Shown here: piece by piece, positions 31,047 to 40,661 of the stretch | Position numbering within the stretch: position 1 is the first letter of the stretch | Layout of the letters: each line of letters begins with the position of its first letter | Notes under the pieces: generated by a model | What the model was told of the DNA's origin: nothing | Databases searched by the model: none | The model's input: the letters and a program-made list of their open reading frames with translations, nothing else | Virus record (IMG/VR): IMGVR_UViG_2831345111_000004 | Length of the DNA: 64,000 nt | Reading direction: 5' to 3' (one strand) | Source of the DNA: an uncultured virus (IMG/VR IMGVR_UViG_2831345111_000004) | Taxonomy: Duplodnaviria > Heunggongvirae > Uroviricota > Caudoviricetes | Translations under genes and position numbers: made by a program

Positions 31047-32453
31047 TTAAGCGGCCTTGGCCATCTGCGGCCGGATACTGATGCTACCGCTACGTGGAAC
31101 CAGTGTTAGCTTGTTGGTGGACAAATGGATGCACAGGTCACGCGGCAGCGCCACTACCGGGTCGTTAGCTGCTTTACCCACTGTCCAGTTCGAGTCCTCA
31201 GCCGGGGTCAGTGAGATAAGGTCATTTCGGACCGTCACCTTGAATTGCTTACCCGGCGTAAAGCCAGCTGCATGCAATACTTTTGCCGGAATTGTCAGCG
31301 TCTTGGCACTATTGCCCAAGGTGATGTCGACCGGAGAATAATCACGAGGCACATGGACCTTGATAAGCGGGATTTCGTTCTCAACTTCAGCCGGCAGCAA
31401 ATATAGAGCGCCTTCAACAGCAATCACCTGGATGGAATTTTGAGCTTGAATCCATGTGAGCTGTCGTTCACCAACACGGTATGTAGGGTAGAGCCTGACA
31501 TTATCTTCCCCGTCCCTTCGAGAATAGCGTATCTTCTGCTCATGTTCGCCTTGCTTAGCCCGAGAAATTTTAATGGCGCCGCAAGCCATACGCTCTGAAT
31601 ACAAGCATTCTTCAGCTTCAAAGCCAGCTGCGCGCAAAGGAATATGACCGATGTCCGCGTAACGGATATGCCCGCGCTGCTTACAGACAGTGGCCAGATG
31701 CTTGCCTATAACCTTTTCATGACTCAAGTCAGGCATTGCTACCTTAAGCAACTTCTCAGGCTCCGCACCCACGTTGGAGGCCTGCAGGACCCAACCCAAG
31801 TTTGGTACCGACAGGACATGCATGGACATGCAATGTTTACCCTTATCCAGCAGCTCCAAGGGTAAGCGGACCACTTTACCGTCCCACAGATTAAGTGGAA
31901 CACCGGCACCCGGGTTTTTCGACAGGACGATACGCTGAATCTGCGTATTAGGCTGGCTCGCGTAGGCACCGTAAAGAAGCGTTCCCGGCTCAACGCCTGC
32001 CAACGAAACACTCTCCTCAGGAATCACGATGCCAGCGCCAGTAATAGGTGCCACATGGCTAAATTTAGAGTTGGACAACACCCGGCTATACATCGAGCGG
32101 GGCAATTCGGGGATTGCGTCCAGGTCCCATCCTACAGGGAGCTTATCCCGGCTAGTAAACAGGATACCTGTACTTGTGCCGACCATCACACCGTCTTGCA
32201 CAAACCCTTCCAGCCACTCCACTTCCAGCACCTTAAAGGTAACTTCAAGGCTCGCACGGCAACGGGGCAGGAAACGCTGTTCCGTTGCGTCCTTGTCCGC
32301 ATGAATGAATAAGCCGTTTTTGTGCTTAACGACCTTGTATGCAGCACGCTCTCGGATGCCTGGTACCAGGCACTCAAAGATGTGGTTGATTGACGACTCG
32401 ATGCCGAAGCGTTCGCGATAAATCAGGGGGATTCCGATATCAAGCTTAGCCAC
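31047..32453 (-). CDS. Hypothetical protein with repeated AbrB/SymE-like modules
   Basis: LTIPAKVLHAAGFTPG..FKVTV, IPLRAAGFEA, IVIPEESVSLAGVEPG. Confidence 0.6.
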   Translation of the reverse strand: MAKLDIGIPLIYRERFGIESSINHIFECLVPGIRERAAYKVVKHKNGLFIHADKDATEQRFLPRCRASLEVTFKVLEVEWLEGFVQDGVMVGTSTGILFTSRDKLPVGWDLDAIPELPRSMYSRVLSNSKFSHVAPITGAGIVIPEESVSLAGVEPGTLLYGAYASQPNTQIQRIVLSKNPGAGVPLNLWDGKVVRLPLELLDKGKHCMSMHVLSVPNLGWVLQASNVGAEPEKLLKVAMPDLSHEKVIGKHLATVCKQRGHIRYADIGHIPLRAAGFEAEECLYSERMACGAIKISRAKQGEHEQKIRYSRRDGEDNVRLYPTYRVGERQLTWIQAQNSIQVIAVEGALYLLPAEVENEIPLIKVHVPRDYSPVDITLGNSAKTLTIPAKVLHAAGFTPGKQFKVTVRNDLISLTPAEDSNWTVGKAANDPVVALPRDLCIHLSTNKLTLVPRSGSISIRPQMAKAA

Positions 32454-33105
32454 GAACCACTCCTTGCGTCTTCGCCCAGCTCATCAAATCAGAAAACAAC
32501 TTTTCACCAACACCACGGGTCTTGGCTTGCCAATCCTTGTCGAGCGAGCGAAGTTGCTTGGTTGTACGAATCCCTTGGGAAGCGAGGACACGTAGGATAC
32601 GAGAAGGCAGGGCATTAAAGCCGGACACCTTAGCCAACAGGAGGGCACGGTTACGCTTGGGCTCAGGCACAACAATTTCCGGGACTGCCGCCGTTACCGG
32701 CTTCACTGGTACAGGCATTTTGCCAGTCGCTACTGGCTTAACAGCCACGGGCGATTTCACCACAGGAGGCTTCGCCTTTGCAGCCTTCTTAGGCTGAGCC
32801 GCTTGCTTTACTGCAACCTTAGGCTTCACTTCGAGGTTCGACTTGGCAGGTGCAGCAGCCTTCTTAGCAGTTGTTTGCACCTTGGCCGCCGGTTTGATTT
32901 CAGCCTTCTTTTTACTGGACTTTGCCTTTTTGGCAGCCACACGATTCTTGAGCTTTTGCTCATCAGCACTCACGGACTTTTCGTTTTCGCGTAATGCAAT
33001 TGCAATGTGTTTAGCTTCACGCAAAGGCAAAGTAACTTGCTTCGTAGCAGGGTTGGCGGCCAATGCTTTCGCAATACGCAGCCGCAGGATGTTAGATGCG
33101 GACAT
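32446..33105 (-). CDS. K/A/P-rich (histone H1-like) protein with C-terminal RNAP alpha-CTD-like domain
   Basis: AAKKAK/PAAK repeats; LPSRILRVLASQGIRT..QL......KTRGVGEK. Confidence 0.7.
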   Translation of the reverse strand: MSASNILRLRIAKALAANPATKQVTLPLREAKHIAIALRENEKSVSADEQKLKNRVAAKKAKSSKKKAEIKPAAKVQTTAKKAAAPAKSNLEVKPKVAVKQAAQPKKAAKAKPPVVKSPVAVKPVATGKMPVPVKPVTAAVPEIVVPEPKRNRALLLAKVSGFNALPSRILRVLASQGIRTTKQLRSLDKDWQAKTRGVGEKLFSDLMSWAKTQGVVRG

Positions 33106-33183
33106 AGGTTTCCTCAGTGACGTTGTTAAGTGTTTTCAATTATTGCATAGAAAGCATAAAACGTCAAGTAAATGAGGAGGCTT

Positions 33184-33720
33184 TTAGTGAGGCTGCCTGA
33201 TTCTGTATTCTTCACACGCCAAGACGGGAAACACACTCAGCCGCCACATAATTTCAGGCGACAAGAAAAAAATTTGGTAAATAGATTCTGTTAGCTCAGC
33301 GCAGATTGCGTCTAATTGTTTTCCAGGGACAGCTTTATAGGCAGCCCTAAATACTGCATCGACATCGCCGGCAATGATTTCTGCAGTCAACCAATAAGCT
33401 TCAGACGCCAATTCAAAATCTGTACGTTTTGTCTTCTTGGGTGGCCAGCTTTTAGCGGTGAATATTCTCTGTAAAACTTGGATGATGATTTCTGGTTTTT
33501 TTGATTTTGTGCTGAGCAGGGCGACCTGCTCTGTGACCGAGGCCTTGAGTTTGGCCACTAAATCATCTAATTTCTCGTACCGTATCGGCAGATGGGGGAG
33601 ATAGCTATCCAATATCAGCGGCATTAGGTATTCAACCGCTTCTCTGCGACGGGTCGCAATTGGCCTGAAAGAGCCTTTTGGCTCCATCCAGTCGAAGTAA
33701 TCAATCAAGCGAGTATCCAT
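33184..33720 (-). CDS. Hypothetical protein
   Basis: AAGGAG RBS, 178 aa. Confidence 0.8.
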   Translation of the reverse strand: MDTRLIDYFDWMEPKGSFRPIATRRREAVEYLMPLILDSYLPHLPIRYEKLDDLVAKLKASVTEQVALLSTKSKKPEIIIQVLQRIFTAKSWPPKKTKRTDFELASEAYWLTAEIIAGDVDAVFRAAYKAVPGKQLDAICAELTESIYQIFFLSPEIMWRLSVFPVLACEEYRIRQPH

Positions 33721-33786
33721 GACGGACTCCTTCTTAATTCATTACTTCATACTGTACGCCTAATTTTTGTCTTGTTGATTCTTTTT

Positions 33787-34638
33787 TTAGGACAGTAAAG
33801 ACTGCACCTTGGCCAGATAGCCGGGAACCGCTTCGATGATGTTAAAGGCTTCCGGATTCAGGAACGGATGCAGGCTATGCGTCGCTACAACGAGTTGCCG
33901 CGTCGAGCAGTCGGCCTGTTGAATAGCCCGCCATAGTTCGAGCTCAGTAAGCGCATCCAAGGATTGCTCTGGTTCATCCAGGATAATCATTGGGAGGCCA
34001 GCGCCCTTGTAGGCGGCCTTACGAGCCTTCAGGATTTCACTGCGGTATTCGTACTGCCCTACCCAATTTTTACCTGAAAGCTCGCGCGGGGCTTCGCCAC
34101 CGGACCAGTTGATGTACTGGTACTCGAAGTCACCCGATGGGGCCTGCAGGGCAGCTCTCACTCGGTTCAGGAGCGCATTACATCCTTGGCCGGACGATTT
34201 CCTTTCAACCGCATCTGCGTAGGCGCGAGCTTCGTCCATATAGCCGACCATCATGGCCGTGACGATGCAGCTTTCATTTCCAGCCAGGTGCTGCGGGCGA
34301 TAGAAGACCGCCGGCGCATTATCCGTCTCGAACTCCGCGCCCGGCAGAAACACCGCATCATCTCGCCATGTCCGCTCACTCCAGAGCATGTCCGCTTCAC
34401 GACCGGTTCGTGTGAAATTGTCATCAAGCGAAGTGACGCCACTGAAATAGGTCAGGGTTTGATAGGCCAGCAGCGTCAAAAAGGCAGTCTTGCCTGAGCC
34501 ATTAGGCCCAACTATGACGTTAGGCTTTTCCAGTGACAGGGTCAGTTTGTTCTTGCGCGCCTGCGTCGCCCATAAGGACGTGCCCTTGAGATAGGGAACA
34601 GCCGCAAAGTCAGCGGTGAGCTTAATGGAGTTAATCAT
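33787..34638 (-). CDS. Stand-alone ABC-type ATPase (AAA_21-like)
   Basis: GPNGSGKT, SSGQ signature, IILDEPE, ATHS. Confidence 0.9.
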   Translation of the reverse strand: MINSIKLTADFAAVPYLKGTSLWATQARKNKLTLSLEKPNVIVGPNGSGKTAFLTLLAYQTLTYFSGVTSLDDNFTRTGREADMLWSERTWRDDAVFLPGAEFETDNAPAVFYRPQHLAGNESCIVTAMMVGYMDEARAYADAVERKSSGQGCNALLNRVRAALQAPSGDFEYQYINWSGGEAPRELSGKNWVGQYEYRSEILKARKAAYKGAGLPMIILDEPEQSLDALTELELWRAIQQADCSTRQLVVATHSLHPFLNPEAFNIIEAVPGYLAKVQSLLS

Positions 34639-34640
34639 GG

Positions 34641-34856
34641 TCAGTGAAAGGTCACCGTGAAGGGTGCGTGTGATGCCCATGCGAAGGCGAATCCGGCGAA
34701 TACCACACAAGCTAGCAGATAGGAGCCTCGCTTCACCCATGAATTAGGGACACCTCCAATATTGTAGACGCCCAAGCAATTCACCCCAAGCACACCCAGC
34801 ACTGCGCCAACACAGAGCAGGATGAGTCCGAGTACAGCCCACCCCAAAATAGCCAT
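34641..34856 (-). CDS. Small membrane protein
   Basis: Two TM segments; tight operon spacing. Confidence 0.7.
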   Translation of the reverse strand: MAILGWAVLGLILLCVGAVLGVLGVNCLGVYNIGGVPNSWVKRGSYLLACVVFAGFAFAWASHAPFTVTFH

Positions 34857-34858
34857 GG

Positions 34859-35044
34859 CTACGCCACCCCCTTAAGTAAAGGCATTGAGTGCCCCAACAC
34901 CAGCACGAAGTAGCACATCACAGGGATTGCCCCGCAAAACACGAAATACTTAAGCCGGCTCTTCAAGCTGTACTCGATATATCCCAGCATCATGATGGCA
35001 GCTATCAGGCCTAAACAGCTCAAACACCAGAGCGCGTGACTCAT
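34859..35044 (-). CDS. Small membrane protein
   Basis: Two TM segments; AGGAG RBS. Confidence 0.7.
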   Translation of the reverse strand: MSHALWCLSCLGLIAAIMMLGYIEYSLKSRLKYFVFCGAIPVMCYFVLVLGHSMPLLKGVA

Positions 35045-35053
35045 CAGACGCTC

Positions 35054-35248
35054 CTAGTGGACGCTTGTCGGGCCCGGATAGGCATTCGCCCACAACCACC
35101 AGGCATACATGATGGCGGCGACAATGGCCAAGGCGACGGCGCGCTGCCAGGGCTTGTACGTGCCGAAATTATTGATAATCCGCACACAGGCCGCGAGCGT
35201 TACCGTGATGAGCACAAAGGCAGACATGTACCAGGTGAAAAGCGACAT
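35054..35248 (-). CDS. Small membrane protein
   Basis: Two TM segments; AAGGAG RBS. Confidence 0.7.
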   Translation of the reverse strand: MSLFTWYMSAFVLITVTLAACVRIINNFGTYKPWQRAVALAIVAAIMYAWWLWANAYPGPTSVH

Positions 35249-35272
35249 TCTTGTTCTCCTTGAGTGGATTGC

Positions 35273-35539
35273 TTATTTAGGTTGATATTTCTGTGCCCAG
35301 GCGGATACTGAACCACCAAATGCGGTCACAACTTCTTCTGCTCGGGTACCGCTGAAGTCGACATGCATCTCGACCATCCAACTGACGGCAGACTGCGCAA
35401 TCATGATTTGGCGTTCGAACTCATATTTCAAACGGGTCTTCTTCATTGCCATCGATGCGACCGTGGCGAGATTGCAATCTGTTAGGTAGGCGAGCGCCTG
35501 TTCGGCCGTCCGGACTGCGGATTTCGAGGTAACACTCAT
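35273..35539 (-). CDS. Hypothetical protein
   Basis: GGAG RBS; follows NADAR. Confidence 0.8.
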   Translation of the reverse strand: MSVTSKSAVRTAEQALAYLTDCNLATVASMAMKKTRLKYEFERQIMIAQSAVSWMVEMHVDFSGTRAEEVVTAFGGSVSAWAQKYQPK

Positions 35540-35549
35540 CAAGGCTCCC

Positions 35550-36302
35550 TTAATTCGATTGTTGTGAGCCAATCAGCTCGAGCGTCGAACCACCATTTGC
35601 ACGCGGCAGCTCGCGGCGGGCATGCTCACGGAACAAGCGAAGCTGACGAATCACATCATCGATATCGGTTACCAGATAATCCTTAGAGCCATCTGCAAGG
35701 GCGGTTTCCCAATTTTGCAGGAGCACCTTTGCTGCGGCCTCTGCGGCATAGCCAGCCAGGTCCGCTGTAAACCCATCCTCCACTCCCGGCGAAGCAAGCT
35801 TGCTTAACCGTGCAATGGGCGCGGCTTGCAGCCGGGCACGAACCAGCATCAACGCTTCCCCAAGCAGGTTTAACCCATGCCAGTTAGCCGGGTCTTCAAC
35901 ACGCGGGTCGTTTTCATCAAGCCCAACACCCCAAATGGTGTCTACCGGGCTTGCCTCGACGATTTCCCGACTACCCGTAGCCAGTAGCTCAGCTTTCATG
36001 GCTGAATTCTGAGTAAACTTGAGAAAGTTTCCTTCGGTGACAATTTCAAGCCGCTTAGCCGCCCATACCGCATCGTCGTAGCCCTTAACTTCACGACCAA
36101 GTTGCTTCATATCCATCGGGTGAACCTTGCGAAGGATTTTTGCAGCCGTCTCGGTATCCCCAAACAGCATGGCCTTATGCCACATCATGTGCTGCTCGGT
36201 GTTAATGAAGCGGACACCATTTTCATAGAACACCGCGGGATGCCAGTTCGAAAAGACATCCTCAGTGCGCCAAAAAAGCACCATGGTTTCGGTAATACGC
36301 AT
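35550..36302 (-). CDS. NADAR (YbiA/DUF1768) hydrolase with C-terminal extension
   Basis: FSNW, EQHMMWHKA.LF.D, KQLGR, KFTQN, EASPVDTIWGVG, GLNLLG.ALM.VR. Confidence 0.95.
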   Translation of the reverse strand: MRITETMVLFWRTEDVFSNWHPAVFYENGVRFINTEQHMMWHKAMLFGDTETAAKILRKVHPMDMKQLGREVKGYDDAVWAAKRLEIVTEGNFLKFTQNSAMKAELLATGSREIVEASPVDTIWGVGLDENDPRVEDPANWHGLNLLGEALMLVRARLQAAPIARLSKLASPGVEDGFTADLAGYAAEAAAKVLLQNWETALADGSKDYLVTDIDDVIRQLRLFREHARRELPRANGGSTLELIGSQQSN

Positions 36303-36358
36303 GCTGATTCCTGATTTTAAGTTTTATTGGGTTGGCTAAGCTGCCACTGATGAAAAAC

Positions 36359-36391
36359 AGTATATCACATATAGTGTAAAAATGCAACTAT
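36359..36391 (-). promoter_or_regulatory. sigma70 promoter of NADAR with overlapping NrtR-type operator
   Basis: TTGCAT-17-TATACT (36359-36387); operator ATAGTGTAAAAATGCAACTAT (36371-36391). Confidence 0.75.
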
Positions 36392-36439
36392 TGTTAACAA
36401 TAAAGAGGGCTATGACCTAGCCCTCTGAGATGTGAACTA

Positions 36440-36916
36440 TCAATCTTCTGTATCGCGATGCAAAACAATCCGGATACCAGGGAGATTCGGCTTTCCATCA
36501 AAATATTGGTCATTTTTCGAGAAGTTCACATTGAACGTGAACCGTCCACGCCGCGGCTGAGTAGTCACCATGCTGAGATAGAGAACGCCGAGATATCCGG
36601 TATCGTTGCCGAAGAAAGCTTGCAGCTGCGTTCCACCACCGCACAACACCCAGATACCCCCCACATTCAAGCTAGTGCAGAATTCATACATCTGCTTCAC
36701 TATGGTGTGATGGCGCTCTATGATGAGCTTACGGTGAATCACGTTTTCCTCAACATTACGCAAATCGCCATGGCAATCCATTACATACTGGACTCCGTCG
36801 TGCTCAGCGACAACCATCGTGCCTCGATGATTAAACCAAGGACTACCCTCGGTCAGTGCAGTCACGGTGAGGCCATGCGCGGCGTATTCTTTTACAAGCT
36901 CGGGATTAAGTAACAT
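36440..36916 (-). CDS. Hypothetical protein
   Basis: GGAGG RBS, CTATAC motif upstream. Confidence 0.8.
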   Translation of the reverse strand: MLLNPELVKEYAAHGLTVTALTEGSPWFNHRGTMVVAEHDGVQYVMDCHGDLRNVEENVIHRKLIIERHHTIVKQMYEFCTSLNVGGIWVLCGGGTQLQAFFGNDTGYLGVLYLSMVTTQPRRGRFTFNVNFSKNDQYFDGKPNLPGIRIVLHRDTED

Positions 36917-36986
36917 TTGATTTCCTCCAGATTAAATTAGACCTGCTTCTGTATAGCCGCAGGCCACCCTTTCTCTGGCTGGACAA

Positions 36987-37427
36987 TTATTCTTTCTCGA
37001 GGAAGTGTTCGAGTACGGTTGACTCCCGGCCATCTAACCAATAGGCAACTTGGCCCAATTCGGCCTCAAAGCAGATGCCGATGACGCGATGCCCGCTGAC
37101 TACCTGCCCAACCGAATACTTAGGCTGCATTATCGCGGCGCCGGTCTTTACACTGAATACCGGAAGCTGGTTGTTTACCGCTGCGGCTCCTTGCTTAGTG
37201 TCGTCGGTGAACCGGTAAACGACGTCCACATTTTCCTTCATAAACGCAGCGCCCGCATCCAGGACAGACATCCTGAATACCGGACTATCGACGTCCCGTT
37301 CACGTACCTTGAAGGTGACAATCTGCTTGGCAAAGCCACCAGGGATGAATCCCTCAGCAAAGACAGTCTTGCAGTCCTTGATGACCAACTCCATCTCGAC
37401 GGCAACTGCTTTTTTCACGTCTGCCAT
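36987..37427 (-). CDS. Hypothetical protein
   Basis: GAGG RBS, 146 aa. Confidence 0.8.
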   Translation of the reverse strand: MADVKKAVAVEMELVIKDCKTVFAEGFIPGGFAKQIVTFKVRERDVDSPVFRMSVLDAGAAFMKENVDVVYRFTDDTKQGAAAVNNQLPVFSVKTGAAIMQPKYSVGQVVSGHRVIGICFEAELGQVAYWLDGRESTVLEHFLEKE

Positions 37428-37493
37428 TTAATTCCCCTCATGCAACGAACAAAACAACAAAAGGGCCGTAGCCCTTTGTTGTCGTCCGGTATG

Positions 37494-39209
37494 TTATGCA
37501 ACCTTCCATTCGATGCTACCGATTTCTGGGCAGGTCCATGAGGCACGCAACCGCTGGCGGATTTCTTCTTGCGTCGTTGTGATGACAAACTTCCCATCGC
37601 GGAACACGACTTCCAATGCGCCCTGGTTGAATTCTTCTTCAGACTGCTGCTCATAGAGCACGTAGTCGTCCCCTTCCTTCTCGACGCGCAGGAGACCCTT
37701 GGCGGATTTCTTGGTCCCTTCATCCGTTGCCGGGTCCTTATAGATTTCGATGCCCTGCTCACCCAGTTGCGCGTAAATGGCCTTCAATGCCCAACCGAAG
37801 GTATCCCGAGAAAGGAGATTATAGGTAAAGCTCCCTATTCCGAATACGACGTTGTTGGATGCGAAACCCTTTTCACTCAGCCGCACCAGGATGTCGCGGG
37901 CACGTTCCAAGGTAATGGAATCGCCGTAAATCAGACCAACACGCTCATTGAGGACCTTGTATCCATTATCCGTTGCCGTGCCGCCATAGATGTCCCAGAG
38001 GCACTGCACGGCGCCTTTCTTTTCGGCTTCAGTGATAACCAGATTACTAGCCTTGACGACGTACCTTCCATCATCGGCCGCCACCACTTCCTCATCTCGA
38101 TATCCAGCCAGGATGCGGACGGGGTCGCCGGAGTCGGGGCGGAAGACCACCTTGGCCAACCCGAGTGCGTTGACCTTGCGCGCCTCAATTTCCGGCTTCA
38201 GCACCTTGGAAATATTGGTGATGACGTTCCAGAAGTCGAACGTGTCCGATACGATGGACACCAAACCTTCGGCATAGTCGACCGTTACAAACTCACGAAT
38301 CACCTCAAGCTCGGCCTGACGACGGATTTCCTTCTCAGGGATACCGGCGTTTTCAGCCAGCGCCTGCAAGCGCTTCATTGTGGTCAGGATACGCAGTGCC
38401 ATGACGCTGTGCTCGGACGCAGGGATTGAGCAGCCAATCAAGGCCTCGTCCGAATTTGCGCCATAGAAGTCTTCGGCATAGTCGATGGCCGGAATCGTGT
38501 CGGTACCGGTAAAGCTTGCCAAGTGAGCAAAGCCGCAACGCATTGCGTCGTGGACGCCACTCATACCGCGCATCGAGAAATCGTGCCCTTGTAAATCCAC
38601 GAACCATTCTGGCGCACCGGTGAGGCGTGCGAAATAGGTCAGCAGCTTGCGGAATTCGAAGGCAATGGTCGCTACGGTCGAAGGCTTCCACATTTCTGTG
38701 CTGATGAGTGTTTCGAAGTAGGTGGCGACGAACGCAAAGTCCTCATGGGTGCTGATGAACAAAACCGGAGGCACCTTGATGTTGACCCGCTCACCTTCAG
38801 GGATTGCACGGATTTCCAGCGGTAGGTAACCCAGGTCGTGCAATGCCGCCAGCCGGTTAGGCGTTACCACCCCAGCGCCCAAAGCGTTATCCATGCGGCG
38901 CATGTATTTGCGAACGGCTTTATCCTTGGCCATGCCGAAGAATTGTTCGTTGAAGGTATCAATCAAGTATTCCTGAATGAAGCCTTGCAGGCCCAGCCAG
39001 ACAATTTTGTTGTCGTAGAGCTCCGGCAGCACAGGGGCATACTTGGCTGAACGGGGCGTGAAGTTGGCGACGAGCTTGGTCGTAGCCTTGGGATACATGC
39101 CCGGGTGGCCGGTCTTGTAAAAATCCGCAAGCGCAAATGGGCTCGGCTTCTTGTCGGCCGAGATGTTTGCCATTTCGTTTTCGATGGTTGATTCAACACG
39201 CATATTCAT
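37494..39209 (-). CDS. nadV: Nicotinamide phosphoribosyltransferase-family protein (NadV/Namat-like)
   Basis: DFYKTGH..MYP, HDFSMRG, GTDT, IPASEHSVM, SIVSDTFD, RPDSGDP, IYGDSIT, GIGSFTY, KKSAKG. Confidence 0.95.
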   Translation of the reverse strand: MNMRVESTIENEMANISADKKPSPFALADFYKTGHPGMYPKATTKLVANFTPRSAKYAPVLPELYDNKIVWLGLQGFIQEYLIDTFNEQFFGMAKDKAVRKYMRRMDNALGAGVVTPNRLAALHDLGYLPLEIRAIPEGERVNIKVPPVLFISTHEDFAFVATYFETLISTEMWKPSTVATIAFEFRKLLTYFARLTGAPEWFVDLQGHDFSMRGMSGVHDAMRCGFAHLASFTGTDTIPAIDYAEDFYGANSDEALIGCSIPASEHSVMALRILTTMKRLQALAENAGIPEKEIRRQAELEVIREFVTVDYAEGLVSIVSDTFDFWNVITNISKVLKPEIEARKVNALGLAKVVFRPDSGDPVRILAGYRDEEVVAADDGRYVVKASNLVITEAEKKGAVQCLWDIYGGTATDNGYKVLNERVGLIYGDSITLERARDILVRLSEKGFASNNVVFGIGSFTYNLLSRDTFGWALKAIYAQLGEQGIEIYKDPATDEGTKKSAKGLLRVEKEGDDYVLYEQQSEEEFNQGALEVVFRDGKFVITTTQEEIRQRLRASWTCPEIGSIEWKVA

Positions 39210-39238
39210 TGTTTTTTCTTTCTTTGTTGTTAGGGTGG

Positions 39239-40081
39239 TTAGTTGGCCACGAACAAGTACGGGTCCTTGCAATCGGTCCAGTCATAACCGGTGTAGATGC
39301 GGCAATAATGCTTGCGCAGCTCGCTGAGGCCACGGCTGAAAATGCCGTGGGTCACATAGAGGTGCAGTTCATAGTCACCAACTTCTTGTGCGGCCTTGGC
39401 GAGCTCGAGGAACGTGCGGCCGCCGTCGCAGATGTCATCAATGACCAGGATGGGCTTATCTGTTGAAACTTCAGGGAAGCTGGTGCCGGTAATTTCCCCT
39501 GTCACCGTGTTTCGCACCTTGTCTGCGAACACGACGTCCGTCACACCGACCTTCCGGGCAATCGACAGCACACGCTTGCGCGCACCGGCATCCGGGGCGA
39601 GGAACGTCACCCCATTGCCGAACACCGCAGTGTTGGTCAATAGTACGCGCTGCACCAGCTCAGAGGCATCCTGGATGACCACACGGTCGAGCAAGGCGCC
39701 AACGACATCGCTGTGCGGGTCGGTGATGCGCACATATTCGTAGTTCTGGGCGTTGATAAGGTCACAGAACACCCGTGCCGACAAAGACTCACCAGGGTTA
39801 CAAACGCGGTCCTGGCGTGCGTACGGCACATACGGCATTTCCAGCGAGATAGGGGTCGTCGTCGGGATGATGCGGCGCAGCGCATCGGTTACCAACAGCA
39901 ACTGCATGACGTCGTCAGAAGTCTTCAGCAAGGCTGAAATGGTAACGCCCTGGAAGCGTTCAGCATCCTCCAAGACATCCTCCGGAATGCGGACGTGGGC
40001 CTCGCCGCCGGCAAAAACCTTCAACTCAGGGCGAATTGCACGGCCATTGCCATCAATGTCGAGCGCGAAAATTGTTAACAT
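39239..40081 (-). CDS. prs: Ribose-phosphate pyrophosphokinase-family protein (Prs/Adps-like)
   Basis: F.GGE, PYVPYARQDR, DPHS, APDAGA, IDDICDGGRTF, VTHGIFS. Confidence 0.93.
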   Translation of the reverse strand: MLTIFALDIDGNGRAIRPELKVFAGGEAHVRIPEDVLEDAERFQGVTISALLKTSDDVMQLLLVTDALRRIIPTTTPISLEMPYVPYARQDRVCNPGESLSARVFCDLINAQNYEYVRITDPHSDVVGALLDRVVIQDASELVQRVLLTNTAVFGNGVTFLAPDAGARKRVLSIARKVGVTDVVFADKVRNTVTGEITGTSFPEVSTDKPILVIDDICDGGRTFLELAKAAQEVGDYELHLYVTHGIFSRGLSELRKHYCRIYTGYDWTDCKDPYLFVAN

Positions 40082-40094
40082 GAATAGTCCTTAC

Positions 40095-40151
40095 TTAGTG
40101 TTGTTTTGCAACTATGTAAAATAGTATAGTGTATTTATGCTACTAAGTCAA
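40095..40151 (-). promoter_or_regulatory. sigma70 promoter of prs-nadV with two NrtR-type operators
   Basis: TTGACT-17-TATACT (40123-40151); operators TTAGTGTTGTTTTGCAACTAT (40095-40115) and ATAGTGTATTTATGCTACTAA (40126-40146). Confidence 0.8.
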
Positions 40152-40198
40152 TAAAAAAGTTATTAACTATTTTTATTTGTTAATAACATATGTAATGC

Positions 40199-40516
40199 TT
40201 AACAGTTTTTTGTGTTGAACGCGGATTTGTATTGGTCTGGTTTGGATTTGAGCACATATCGCGGGTGAAGAATTTCCCGGCCAGACCAGTCCGCAGCACG
40301 AATATACTGGGTTTGCTCGAATAGATTGCTTGCTGCAAGTGCCGACCGTACCCTCTTCCACACGTCATTGGGATGGACGTTGGCTGCTCCGCGTGCCAGC
40401 TCATAAGCTTCATGCCAGATGCGCTCTTGGCCAAACCAGACATGTTTTTTGCCGTCACGCTCCATGACCAGCTTAACTGCGGCAGCAATGGTCAACCTAT
40501 TTGGGTGGTTAGTCAT
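40199..40516 (-). CDS. Hypothetical protein (possible winged helix)
   Basis: 105 aa at the end of the nrtR operon. Confidence 0.65.
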   Translation of the reverse strand: MTNHPNRLTIAAAVKLVMERDGKKHVWFGQERIWHEAYELARGAANVHPNDVWKRVRSALAASNLFEQTQYIRAADWSGREILHPRYVLKSKPDQYKSAFNTKNC

Positions 40517-40661
40517 TGGTCCATTTCACCCTGCAAAATGGGCGAAGCCACGCGGCGACTTGGCGCAACACCTTGGCGTCTTCTTCTGGGCTTGGCTTGC
40601 TTACTCGGAAGCGTTCATAGATTCCAAGCTCAAACGGACCAAGCCAGATACTGCTGGTCAT
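40509..40661 (-). CDS. Small hypothetical protein (50 aa, below ORF-track cutoff)
   Basis: MTSSIWLGPFELG...; overlaps both neighbouring genes. Confidence 0.55.
   Translation of the reverse strand: MTSSIWLGPFELGIYERFRVSKPSPEEDAKVLRQVAAWLRPFCRVKWTND

Noticed and set aside
37494..40081. NARP2-type pathway (NAMPT plus NMN adenylyltransferase)
   Set aside because: No HxGH adenylyltransferase in the window; the partner gene is PRS-like
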